A stretch of DNA of 62,341 nucleotides, counting the filler, from Circinaria calcarea (taxonomy: Eukaryota): NCBI GenBank assembly GCA_051942165.1. It is 12 parts of 12 records of this genome, joined end to end, with 100 filler letters (N's around TTAATTAATTAA, not from the genome) between each part and the next. Parts side by side here need not be neighbours in the genome. Positions count along the whole stretch, not along the records: positions 10,434 to 15,547 come from JAVECS010002040.1; positions 15,648 to 20,755 come from JAVECS010002041.1; positions 20,856 to 25,963 come from JAVECS010002042.1; 9 more parts are not named here. One strand, 5' to 3'. Shown piece by piece: positions 12,396 to 23,350 of the stretch. The number at the start of each line of letters is the position of its first letter. The first letter of the stretch is position 1. The notes beneath the pieces were generated by a model. The model had not been told where the DNA came from. It worked only from the letters and a program-made list of their open reading frames with translations, and searched no databases. The position numbers and the translations under genes are program-made.

Positions 12396-14664
12396 CTATT
12401 CTGAACCTTTCTCTGTAAATATCCACTTTTTGCCCTGAATCCCCTTGGAAAGCGCGACCTGCAAACACGGCTTTTCCATGCAATTCGTACAAGCTTCTTG
12501 CCCTTCCAACTGACAAGGCGTTTGCTTCAGCTGACAGAGCAAGCACGATCCGGTTTGACCGGCACATTTGGTTAGTATGGCACCCAGCTTAAGTTTTGGC
12601 TCCTTTGGCCTTTCCTGCAATATCTCAACCATTATCTCTTTGAGTTCATCGACTCGATCATCCTCCTCCCAATCTATATGTACTAGGTCCAGAATACTGG
12701 TGACCTTCTCCCGGATGTCGTTGATTGGCGCAGGTGTGGGGTTTGGCGCAGATGTGGATATTGGCGCAGGTTTGGGGATTGGCGCAGGTGTGGGGATTGG
12801 CGCAGGTGTGGGGATTGGTGCAGGTGTGGGGATTGGTGCAGATGTGACACTTGGGCCCTTCCCGGACAGCTTCTGCCTCTTTGTAGGTCTATGGGGTAAG
12901 GCAGAAAACTCTTCCCCTTGATCCGGTCGTTCCGAGAGCTTCTCCAATCTTCCCCTTGACTTCCTCCCAAATCTCTTCCTCCTGGTTCGGTCGTTCCGTG
13001 AGCTTGGCCAGGATAGCTTCAATGTTCCCCTTGATCTCCTTTCCAACCTCCCTGCTGGCCACGTCCTCTAGTACTGTCTCTAAAGTGGAGAAACCGTATC
13101 CCTCAATGGTATCCATGTGCTTCTGGAGATTGGTATCAATCTGGGAATTCTGCTTTTGGATGGCAATGATTTTGGTGTAAATTTTCTGCAATGCTTCCTT
13201 TTGCAACTTCTCTCTTTTGCTGGCTGCCTGTTGTGTGTTCTCGGCTGCTTGGTTGATAGCTGTTTCGAGTTTTGCCAGGGCTTCCCCATCGAGGGTCCGC
13301 GGTGTTTCCATGAGAGTTTGAAGGCTTGCTTGGCTTGCAGCGAGGTCCGTCTCTCGTTGCTTCAGCCCAAGGGTTTTCTCCTCCACCCCATCTTCTCTCC
13401 GTGTCACGCCCAACTCTCTTTCGTTCAAGCCGGCCTCCTTCTCCTCGTATATCTTCTTCATAGCAAAAAGCTCCTCCCTTTCGTTCTGGAATGTCCGTTG
13501 CGACTCTCGGAGGTCTGATTGCTCCTTGCTCACCTGAGATTGCAAGTCTTTCAACGATGATATTTCAGAGGCAATAGAGCGTCGAGTTTCTTCCCGTTCC
13601 TCCATGCGTGATTCGCGGCCTATGATTTCCTTTTCCCTCTCGTTCAATCTGGCCTCCTTCTCCTCATACACCTTTTTCATATTGAAAAGCTCCTCGTTTT
13701 CCCTTTGGAGCGTAGCCCGAGCCCCTGAAAGTTCAACTTGTTCCTTTTGAACTCGAAGTCTCAGCTCCTCTAGGGCGGCCTTTTGATTATTTAATAAGCG
13801 TTTATCGTTATTAAGATAGTCCGAAAAGGACTTTTAACTGGCTAGAAGCTGCTCTTCATATATAATTATTATATCCTCCCGTTCCTTAACCTGTGCTTCA
13901 CGGCCGGTTATACCCATCTCCCTTTCATTAACGCAGCCTCCTTTTGCTCGTATATTGTCTTTCTGGCCTCCAATTCCTCCTTGGTGTTACCGAGGGCTAA
14001 TTGGGCTCCTCTAAGTTCTACTCGCTCCTCTTCAACTCGTCGTTTTACTTCTTCCGAAGCGGCCTTTTGGCTATGCAAAGCACGTTCATCTTTTTCCATA
14101 CGGTCTAAAAAGGACTTCTTAGTAGCTTGGAGATTTTCCTCTCATGTCTTCAATATTTGCTCTTTACCCTCGGTGGTGACCTCCCGGCTTACAATGCCCA
14201 TTTCCCTTTGTTGTAATGCAGCTTTTTTCTCCTTAAAAACTAGCTTCCGGGCGTTATGGGCTTCCTTGTCATGCTGGAGTGCTGTCTTAGCGTTTTGGAG
14301 GTCCAACCGGTCCTCTTGAACAACGACTTTCTGCTCCTCTATCGATTTTTGCTGGGAGGCTACCGCACGTCTATCTTCTACCAGGGATTTGGTTCTCTCA
14401 TCATCGATGGCTCTGATATGGGCGGATACCGTGTTCATTTCCTCTATCAGTGGGGCCTAGGGTTTCACCGAACAGATCGTCAAGGTTTGTGCGTATCACG
14501 TTTGGCACCTCAAAGGTTAGATCTATTGTTTCTTGTACGAGTGCCCCGAGGAGCTCTGCTTCGGCAAGGTTAATTCCAAAGTGTTGAATATCGCCGTATA
14601 GACCTATTAGACCCGTTAATATCATTCATATATAAGTAGCGAGCCTCCAACATAGCAACTCCAT
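12396..14664 (-). pseudogene. Disrupted long coiled-coil repeat protein with Pro-rich linker and C-terminal Zn2Cys6-like motif
   Basis: ORFs 14401..14625, 14142..14438, 13908..14099, 12889..13680 and 12396..13046 chain into one protein through in-frame stops (~14142 TGA, ~13836 TAA) and frameshifts (~14455, ~13930, ~12945); four imperfect E-L-x3-K-x2-YEEKEA-x-LNERE-x-GI-x2-RE units. Confidence 0.75.
12724..12846 (-). repeat. 18-bp minisatellite, about 7 units, encoding (PTPAPI)n
   Basis: ATTGGCGCAGGTGTGGGG-like units on the + strand. Confidence 0.9.
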
Positions 14665-14943
14665 AGCCGTCTCACACGTTTAAAACGAATTTGGTTATCT
14701 TAACACTCAAAACTTATATCTCAACAGCAAACGACCGCACGACGCTCTTTCTCATAAAGGACACTAATACATTTGGGTTCACTATTTGGTGTATACATAG
14801 CAGACGTTAACAACACAGAAAACGTTAAGATTACAGTGTAAATATCAAGATTATAGTAATAACAGGAATAAAGCCCTCCAAGCGTATAGCCTAACAAGGG
14901 TTAAGGTTAGAATTAGCTGAATTATATTTATATCTATCTTATT

Positions 14944-15547
14944 CTATAATTTGCTTTTAAACGCCGCGCGATGATCTGCTTTGATCAAAACCTCCGAGTT
15001 AGGATACGGATCCACCGTCAGCGCGTTCAGCGGATTCAATTCGCTCGCGCGATGAAATAAATCCTCGTAAACCTTTCCATCATACCGTCCCAGACTACTG
15101 TCCAGCTGCCAATCGGGAAATTGCCATGCATCCACCAGTCGTACCGCATGGGGCCGAATTTCTTCCAGCAACCTCATGACAGTCTTTGTTCGAGCCAGCT
15201 GAATCTGCCTAACGGTGACAGCACTGGAGGAGAAGAACTCGGCAGCCTGTTGCTCGAGCGTGTTGAGGGCGTAGAGGCGGAAGAGCTTGTGCATCAACAC
15301 CCTGGTATCATCGTCAAGCTCAGAGGCCATCTCCTTGGAATTGATAGCTTCGTAAAAGTTTTTGACGACCAAGTACTGGGAATGCGCTGTGCTGAGCCGC
15401 CAAAAATCGACAAGGAGACTATTCCACGAGTTCTTATCTTCATCGCGATGTTTCAGGGCCTCAAAGGTAAGGAACGCTGTTCTCCAGGCAAAGGCCGCAA
15501 CGATATCCTCATCACGTCCCAGCACATCAAAGGCCGCTCCCATGTCT
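14944..15547 (-). CDS. POX1: Peroxisomal acyl-CoA oxidase, 3' fragment
   Basis: LFRLYAL...IRPHAVRLVDAWQFPDWQLDSSLGRYDGKVYE motif; C-terminal PTS1 -SKL. Confidence 0.9.
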
Positions 15548-15647
15548 NNNNNNNNNNNNNNNNNNNNNNNNNNNNNNNNNNNNNNNNNNNNTTAATTAAT
15601 TAANNNNNNNNNNNNNNNNNNNNNNNNNNNNNNNNNNNNNNNNNNNN
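15548..15647. other. Artificial contig-joining spacer
   Basis: 44 N + TTAATTAATTAA + 44 N. Confidence 0.98.
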
Positions 15648-16041
15648 ACCCAGCATAGTAAAACATTGAATCCCCCACATTGATTCAGATCATGGTTGAA
15701 TGTCAAGCTATCATGAATGATCGAGAAACTCGTCGTTTGCAATCCAAAGGTCACGCACATGTAGGGATTGGGACGAGCTAGGAGGGCGGTAGGGCGGAGC
15801 CGAAGGTCTAGGATGAAGGCACCGAGAGTAGGGGACCAAGGGTTGGATTTACTCTGTGGGAGAAATGTTCAATGCCTAGGAATAGCTAGCAAGGGGAATG
15901 CACACATTAATCGTTGTATACAGCAAATTTCTCATCTTGACCCCATACACCATCGCTTATTAAACGATTTCTCGAAACTTCATTTTAAACGCCAACCCAT
16001 AGATACCATTACTCGCCCCGGTTCCTTGGCCTAGACTGATC

Positions 16042-17043
16042 TTAAATCAACTCATCCCCTCCTACACTTACACTCTCCTCAATCGCCCTCCTAACCTCCC
16101 CTTCCCTAAATGCCGGCCCCGACCCATCGCACCTAGCACTTCCTTTCAGCCGCCTGATGACATCTCCCACATCTATCGTACCCTTCCGATACGCCTCGCT
16201 CGCCTGAATCAACTCCCAGGTAGCCCCAGCCGTCAGGAGACGCTCTCCCGTCTCTTCGGTGTGCTGTATCCGATGACTTATGACATGCTCTGTCGGATCG
16301 GCCCGGAAGTCCGTAGGAGAAAAAGTTTGAGGACCGGCAACAGGGGAAGGGGAACGCTGGGGCTGAGAAGAGGGATGGGGATGCGAAGAAGTGGTTGCAC
16401 GGAGGATTTCATTTTGGGTGGCGAGCTTGGCGAGCTCGCGCTTGAGACGCTCATTGTCTGTTAGGAGGGTGCTGGAGTGGGCTTCGAGACTATTGAGCTT
16501 GGCTTCGAGCTCTTTGACGTGCCGTTCTTTACGTTCCCGGAAGGCCCGCTGACTATCATTGTATGTAAGCGTGAGATCGAAGACTAAGGTGATGGTATCT
16601 TACGCGGTTCTATTTTGAGCCTTCCGTCGACTTTGAGCCGGTGTAAGGATTTCCTTTTCGTCATCGCTGCTGCGGTTGCCGTTTTGTTCATTCGCATCGT
16701 AGCTACCGCTACTGAGATTGATGTTGCCGGAGCTGCCACCTGTAGGCGCACTTGCCAAGGAGGTGCGCTGTGGAGGATGTGGTGGAGACTGTTGAGGATG
16801 TGGTACGAAAGCATTCTGGTCATAGCGGAAGGACGGGTTGAAGGACTGAAAGGAGGTCGGATCTTGATATGGTTCCTAACCTGAAACTTAGCCCTCTTTC
16901 TTTGACCTTTGGAAACCATTACGTACTGGTGCATCGCCAATGTGCTCATTAAGTACTTCGTATGAATGCGCCGATGTAGGGGGTAAGGGTTCCAGAAAGG
17001 GATATGCTGACTGATCAGGAGTAGAGAAATATGGGTAGTTCAT
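16042..17043 (-). CDS. Yap/AP-1-family bZIP transcription factor (Fcr3/Yap3-like), spliced; missed by the ORF track
   Basis: Manual splice: MNYPYFSTPDQ... LTPAQSRRKAQNRTA^QRAFRERKERHVKELEAKLNSLE...NERLKREL...; C-terminus LLTAGATWELIQ...CDGSGPAF...DELI*. Confidence 0.88.
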
Positions 17044-17104
17044 GACTGGGCCCGCGGAAAAGGACTGATGTTGTATACGCTGCGGAATGCGAGGTAGTAG
17101 CTTC

Positions 17105-17116
17105 TCAACTCGCCAT
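17105..17116 (-). promoter_or_regulatory. Putative 3-codon uORF (MAS*) upstream of the bZIP gene
   Basis: ATG GCG AGT TGA ending 61 nt before the bZIP ATG at 17043; transcription start unknown. Confidence 0.3.
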
Positions 17117-18093
17117 GCAATTACTCCTCCCGAGTGCTTTCAAGGTTGGACTGTTGGGGTAAATCCGTCGTAATTTAATGGGGAGGAAGGCGGGAATACC
17201 ACAAGATATTCAAACCCAAAGGATATTCAAGTATCACAAGGTCCTCACGGTGTTCCAGGACGTATCAATTGGTGAGCCGGATTACACACATCATTGATCC
17301 ATTGTTTACCTCGACGGTGCTGTCAGTCTAATAAATGTCAACTCCTCGGGAGGTCACAATTGTCGTCGTTAGCCAGCGATACTTCGCATTCTAGAGCTTG
17401 ACATTGTGGCCCAGAACTGTAGAACTCTACGGTGAATTAACCAGCGGCGAGGGCGGCAGGAACCGACAGGAGCAGCTGGCTGCAGCTACAGCATTGGCGA
17501 CGATGTTGCAGGTGGCGTCTGTAAGCGCCAGGTGAAGACCCCCGGTCCAGACTCGGATAGCGCCTTCCGCCTTACACAGATACATGTACATGCAGTAATC
17601 CTTAACAATTAATCGGCTGTCTCGATGCAACTGCTGGCAGGCTGTCCCAGCATGAGTTAGAGGCGACAGCAATAGAGTGGACTCGGGATATTTGTTGAGG
17701 ACCCTCTTGCGATGGCGTACATGACGGCTGCTTGCGATGACATCGGTAAAATACATAGATGCGACAGCCTAGTACAACCACTGCACCGAGCACATGCATT
17801 CGATAGTAGCAATCGGAAAGGATAGGGAAACAACCGCTGACTAGACCTCATGTTCAAACGCTCTACAAAACGTCTGAGAGCACCGCGGCCACCCTGGCTG
17901 TTTAGAGCTTGGAGGGTACAGGAAATACTCCTAGAGGAGCCATGAATTTCCGCCCAGCAACGACTGGTGAGCATCAACAGCTGCCAAGAGATAGATAACT
18001 TCCGATATGGTTCTGACGTCCGATCATAACTTCGCGATAGCATCTGCTTCTCACCTCAATCAACTCCATAAAGTAGCCCATGCCCCGAGTCCA

Positions 18094-18678
18094 ATGGCGT
18101 CTTCAAACCACTGCTCCCATCGTACCGCAGCTCCCACAATACCGCAGCTCCCACCGTGCCGCAGCTCCCACCGTGCCGCAGCTTCCACCATACCTCCTCT
18201 GGGCCTGTTCTTCCTCCTCCTATGGACTCTTCCTCTCGTCTCCGCTTACGGAATCAACTGCCGTGGCCCCTCGGAATGTCGTACCTTTGAATCCTTTCAC
18301 GACAAGGAGCTTAACATGATGTCCGTCTCCTACTACGCCCTAGCCTCCGGCAGATCCAAGCGAATGAAAGGCGGCCCCATTCCACGCAATTACATGGTGC
18401 AGCCGGGCGAACAGATAGCTTGCACGAGCAACGGCTTGTTTGGGGACATTTGCTCATTTCCAGAAGGGAACGTACCGGCGAAAGGTATTGCTGCGGCAAT
18501 TGTACTGAAGAGGCTCTATGACATGTTGGAGCATGGGTGCAAGACCTGTGGAAGTGTGCCGTTGAGTGGGGATAATGATCCGACTAGAATGGGGATTTTG
18601 ACGGCCAATTGTGGTTTCAATGGGTCGTGCCCGGGTGTTTGTGATTTCCATGGCGGAGGAATAGGTCGTGCAGCTTAG
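18094..18678 (+). CDS. KP4 killer toxin-like secreted Cys-rich protein
   Basis: Signal peptide core LGLFFLLLWTLPLVSA, then YGINCRG and HGCKTCGSVP...GILTAN, matching Ustilago KP4-family motifs (GINCRGS, HGCxxCGSVP, LTxN); alternative start at 18007. Confidence 0.88.
   Translation: MASSNHCSHRTAAPTIPQLPPCRSSHRAAASTIPPLGLFFLLLWTLPLVSAYGINCRGPSECRTFESFHDKELNMMSVSYYALASGRSKRMKGGPIPRNYMVQPGEQIACTSNGLFGDICSFPEGNVPAKGIAAAIVLKRLYDMLEHGCKTCGSVPLSGDNDPTRMGILTANCGFNGSCPGVCDFHGGGIGRAA
18124..18191 (+). repeat. 17-bp tandem repeat x4 inside the KP4-like leader
   Basis: ACCGCAGCTCCCACAAT / ACCGCAGCTCCCACCGT / GCCGCAGCTCCCACCGT / GCCGCAGCTTCCACCAT. Confidence 0.92.
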
Positions 18679-19128
18679 CTATCGAGTTGCAAGGCATGGA
18701 AGACGCGGAGATCCAATGGGTCATGAACAGTTTTTTTCCCCTGTACATAGAAAGTAGATACTCGTGCCGACGTCTTAGCACATAGAGCGAAGAGTTTTGA
18801 TAATTTTTAATCTATTGCAGTTGTGAAACGTTCTTAGCGTCTGGAAATTCATGTGCTTCCCAAGGAAGTGCAAGCGCTGGTGATTAGATTCTCAGATTTT
18901 TGATTGGCGCGGAGCTCTCGAGCTCTCAAACGAGGAGGATATCCTTCTCTTCTGTAGAGATTGCAGATTTCATAGAACTTCGAAAATTGCTATACACAAG
19001 ATCAGCCTTATGAGTACTTCGCCAAGGAAGCAACTAATTAGATGCTCCAAATCCTGTCCATGAAGGCTTACACTAATTCTTCTAATTTTCTTTCCTGCAA
19101 AGCCTTCTATCGTCGAGGTGAAATAGAC

Positions 19129-20038
19129 TCAATCGAGCATATCTCCTTCGGACTCGTCGTCTGAAGGCTCCATTATTCCTTGTCTTACGCTATCAGCCGA
19201 GTTGGTTGGCAATACGCGATGATCATTCTCAGCTACAGCACCGACACTGACAAGGAGGCCTTGGAGATCTAAGGAGAGTAATCAGTGGTTACGCTTGGAA
19301 CGGGCCAGCCTTGCTCGTTGCACTGTATACCTTGCATGCTAGTCGCTTCCCCCCTCAGCTCTCGTAGAGTAATTACTTGCCTCTTGATATCACCCTTACG
19401 GTAAACGAGAATGGTAGGTGTATTACGTTCCGGGTATCCCTCAACACATAAGTCGGCCCGCATCTCACAGAATTTTATGTCTCCAAATTTGCGCGCCATC
19501 TCCCGCCATAGCTCCGTCAATAGCTGAGACTCGATGTTCGTGCCGAGGGATGAGGTGAGGTGAACAAGAACGAAGGCTTTATGAGAAGCCTCCGTGACGT
19601 CTCGGGAGTAGTCGGGCTTTTGGATAGGATACACCTGGTTGTAAACGCTCGCCGCTAAGATGGTCGATAGCTCAGCACGTCGCTGGCTCCTATAAGGTGA
19701 GCCACTCAGTAATTTGCAGGAGCCACACGGCGGCTCGGGCCTACCGGTATTTCTCTAGAAAAGCTTCGTCTTCCTCATCCTCTAGTTCATCAAGCTCATC
19801 CAAGTCCTTTCCATCAAGTCGATTCTCATGGGCTCTCTTCACTGCTTCCTGTAAAGCTTCCTCAATTATCGGCGTTGGGGATGGGGGCTTTTCTGGAATG
19901 ACGCCGTGTTTTCTAAGTATGTCATTCCTGCGGGATAATGTTAGTGCGATTGAAAAACTGTGCTGTTGTAGGGCTGTGGGCATGCCATTCGGTATCAGCG
20001 TTTGGGTCGTCAACGGGGACATTGACTTGGTTATCCAT
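19129..20038 (-). CDS. PLP2: Phosducin-like protein (Plp2/PDCL3), 4 exons
   Basis: DPNADTEW^NDILRKHGVIPEKP...LDELEDEEDEAFLEKYR...VTEAS...KFCEMRADLCVEGYPERNTPTILVY. Confidence 0.9.
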
Positions 20039-20479
20039 GTTTCTGATTGGCAAATTACATTGGCGATTTGAAGGTAATACATACATCGGCATCAGGCTTG
20101 AAGAGGCGCCTGGTTGACATAGCGGGAAGTGTTTGCACTGTTTGTTCTTCATTTGGAGTAGCTGCACTTTTGGCGGTACCGCAACTTTAGGGAGACGTAG
20201 CGAATCCGCCTCGAAGGCCCCAAGAATAATCGTTCCATCTACTCCCTGCAATTGTGTCTCTCCGGTGATGATGATAGAGATACCTAAGCCCTTCTTGGAC
20301 CTCATGTACTTTACCTATACACACATAATGCTTTGAAGAGAAAAAAGCAGATTTCACGACCCTCACGCATAGGCTCAAAATCCGGGGCATTTGGTGGGCT
20401 GCAACGTGCTAGACTGGCATATCGCCCTTCGAATCTTCTTATGCTAAGAACATCCCGCCGAGAATAGGAAGAAGGCATC

Positions 20480-20755
20480 ATGAATTACGGCAAGAAGGAT
20501 GAAGATGCCGATCAGACGTTCCTGAAGGTAGATAGAACCTCTGTATTTCAGGAAGGTAAGCAGCGCGCGTAGCAGGTCGAAGAACGCAGCTAAAAGGGCA
20601 CCAGCACGACTATTCAATTCTTCTCCCATTTCACCGCGAAGATGCCGGACACTCCTCACCAAAGTTGCTCTTCTCCTCTTCACCGGCGAGAAGTTTCCCA
20701 CAAACGAAGCTACGACACTCTTTTTTGGAATTTCAAAATTATTCCAAAATAAGGA
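20480..20755 (+). CDS. SEC21: Coatomer gamma subunit, 5' fragment
   Basis: MNYGKKDEDADQTFLKVDRTSVFQE^ARLFNSSPISPRRCRTLLTKVALLLFTGEKFPTNEATTLFFGISKLFQNK. Confidence 0.93.
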
Positions 20756-20855
20756 NNNNNNNNNNNNNNNNNNNNNNNNNNNNNNNNNNNNNNNNNNNNT
20801 TAATTAATTAANNNNNNNNNNNNNNNNNNNNNNNNNNNNNNNNNNNNNNNNNNNN
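20756..20855. other. Artificial contig-joining spacer
   Basis: 44 N + TTAATTAATTAA + 44 N. Confidence 0.98.
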
Positions 20856-22477
20856 AAAAATCGATTGTGTCGTAGCAGTGATTGGATTTGGCCCTGCGTG
20901 GCTGTTGAGAATTTACTCTTCTGCATCAGAGCTCGTTCAAAATCCTTATTTGGATGCTGGAACATTTGATCCAGGTCGACTGGCTGACCTCCAATAGAGC
21001 TCGATTGAGCCATAATCTGGCAAAAGCGGTCAAGGCTGACGACTGCACCTCGTTTTCGGCCTTGATGGACTTGTCGTCTTAGCCTCGAAATCTCAGCATC
21101 TTTCTCTGCTGCAAGTCAGCGAAGGAGGTTCAGTGAGGCTTCGGCTTCCGGCATTTGTTTTCTACTTACTCTTTCTTTCCTCAAGAAGTAGCTCGAGAAC
21201 TTGGTTTTTGGTGCTAAGCTGGTTTTCCTGAAGTGCGTTATTCCGCGCGGCAATCTCGCCCATCCTATCGAATGCGCCGTCAATTCTGGCCGCGATCGAC
21301 TGATGGAATATCTCGTTTTTCTCGCTCGCTCTCTTCAGCAGCGTTCTGTTCTCATCAACTCCTTTCTTAACACAGGTTGAGTTATAGGTTAATTGCTCCA
21401 GGTTCGTACGCACGTTGATGATACTGCCATGGATCTCGCTGACCTCGCCACCAACGCTCTCGACCTTTTTGCCATACTTCTCTACATCGCAATGAATATA
21501 TTTAGCTTTGATGGCTGTATATTGTCCCACCATTTGCGTGTCCTCGATTGCCTGATCTCGAGCTATGCTAAGAACACGCTCGAATTCGTTAGTGGAATCT
21601 GTTACCCGTTGCAAAATTCCGTCAAGATCAGGAGGTGGTGGTTTATGTTTGAATTTCGGAATGAATTTTCGCCCTTGGTTTGAGGTCAATAAATATATTG
21701 TCACTTGCTGGCTATTCGGGTAGTTATTTACAACTTGTTTTGTCCTTGGATGTCACGAAGATTATATCCTCGATAGAATCCACAACCGCCTTATAAACCT
21801 GGTCCGCGCAGTCTGAGACCTTCTGGTTAGCTCGGAAGCTCCTTCCCGTTGGATTCGCTCGAGTGAGCGCATCTCGCAATCCCTTGAACGTGTCAAAGAT
21901 CTTCTGTCGCTTGGCTGCCGAGTTTCCTGCAAGCTGGTAGAACTGAGTCCTGAACTCCTCAAGAAGTGGAACAGTCGGACAACAAGGGGCATCGGAGACA
22001 AACCTTGAAGACCACGGCAAGACCTGCCTTCACAACAGCAAGTCCGTAGGCCTCTGGTATTATGGCGAGCCATGGATCCATTGCGTCTTTCGCGTCGCCT
22101 ATATTGTACCAAAGGCTGTGCCAGAATCCGTCTGTACTATCCTTGTATTTGGTTTGCGTCTGGCTGATCTTCTCAACGAGGTTGTCCCATGACTCTTGAG
22201 TATCGCCTTCGTATCTAATCCCGAGGGTCGTAGGTATATTAAATTTCAATGCTTGAGCTAATTGCCTAGTTGTCCAGGTTAGTCTGTGTTTTATAGGCTA
22301 CCTTTGCTTAGTTGAATGCGCTTACAGATAAGGCTGGAATGGTACAAATTTGCCAAGTTCTTGATTAAACTGTGATGAGCCTCCAATTCCATCGTGGAGT
22401 TTGTGAGCTTCGGACGTAATAAAAGCGACAGTCGTCGTGAGTTCTCGTGTGCCGGAGTTTGCCCAGCTCGAATCCAT
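20856..22477 (-). CDS. Multi-exon helical protein resembling the N-terminal region of fungal NACHT/NLR-like proteins; 3' truncated
   Basis: Exons MDSSWANSG..., ...MDPWLAIIPEAYGLAVVKAGLAVVFK^LAGNSAAKRQKIFDTF..., coiled coil, then QGQIQSLLRHNRF at the contig edge; GT-AG boundaries visible; no NTPase motif inside the window. Confidence 0.6.
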
Positions 22478-23350
22478 AGCAGGCGACAATAAATTGACTA
22501 AGACTGACCATATCCCTGGAGTCTTAAAAGTTTCCGACGCAATTCTAATCACCTTGAATATAAAGACAATAATGGTAGTCGCGCCGAGATTGAGAAGGCT
22601 GTGGACCTCAAGACCAGTGTCAACTTTGATTTGTGGCATGCATTTCCGAGGTGGCTTTTTATTACTTTTGCGAAGAACCACTTGCCGTCTCCGAGTTGTT
22701 GAGTGAGAATCCCCGCAAGAGATGTTTGCACTTGTGAGATCCAACCGCCGCACACCTTCACGAAACCCAGCCAGCGCCACGGCGGTAGCGCTGGGTTTTG
22801 CTTGGCCCCATATCTCTGTGCTGGCACACGGCACAGATCAATTGGTCTGAGAACACCCAATATGGGGATTTGTGGGACAATTAGCTGCAAGGCCGCGCAT
22901 TTAGATGGTACGGAGTCTCAGCTCCTGTCAGCACGATTGTGGTTGAATGAGCTCACCTGCCAATAGTAGCGGGAGCTGGTGCTATCAGCGCGGATGATGT
23001 TGCATTATGTTAAGATTGCTTCCTCCTAGCATTTTGTTCAGCCTTACGAGGATCCCATATTCTCGGTGGTTGGCCAGGCTTATAATAACAAAACCCAAAA
23101 GCTACAACGCAGCCTCGTTCACATCTTATCAAGTTGCTCGGCTGAATTGATAGAAGCTTCCCATCTGCTTTGTTCAGCTTTGGGCGATACAGATTGACCC
23201 ATTCTTTAGCTATTGAAGCATACTTTGGGATTTCATACTATTTCAGTACTTCGTTGGATCTCAGTAACTGCTGCTAGGCAACCAAAGCTAGTTCCGACTA
23301 CTATCGTACAATTCTGAAAATATCAGACCGTTCAGCTGTCGAACTGCGCC

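Noticed and set aside
10880..14915. GGGTTAA-containing motifs near 10892 and 14898 as termini of a Starship or TIR element
   Set aside because: Similarity is too short, they are not inverted, and no tyrosine recombinase or transposase motif was found in the contig
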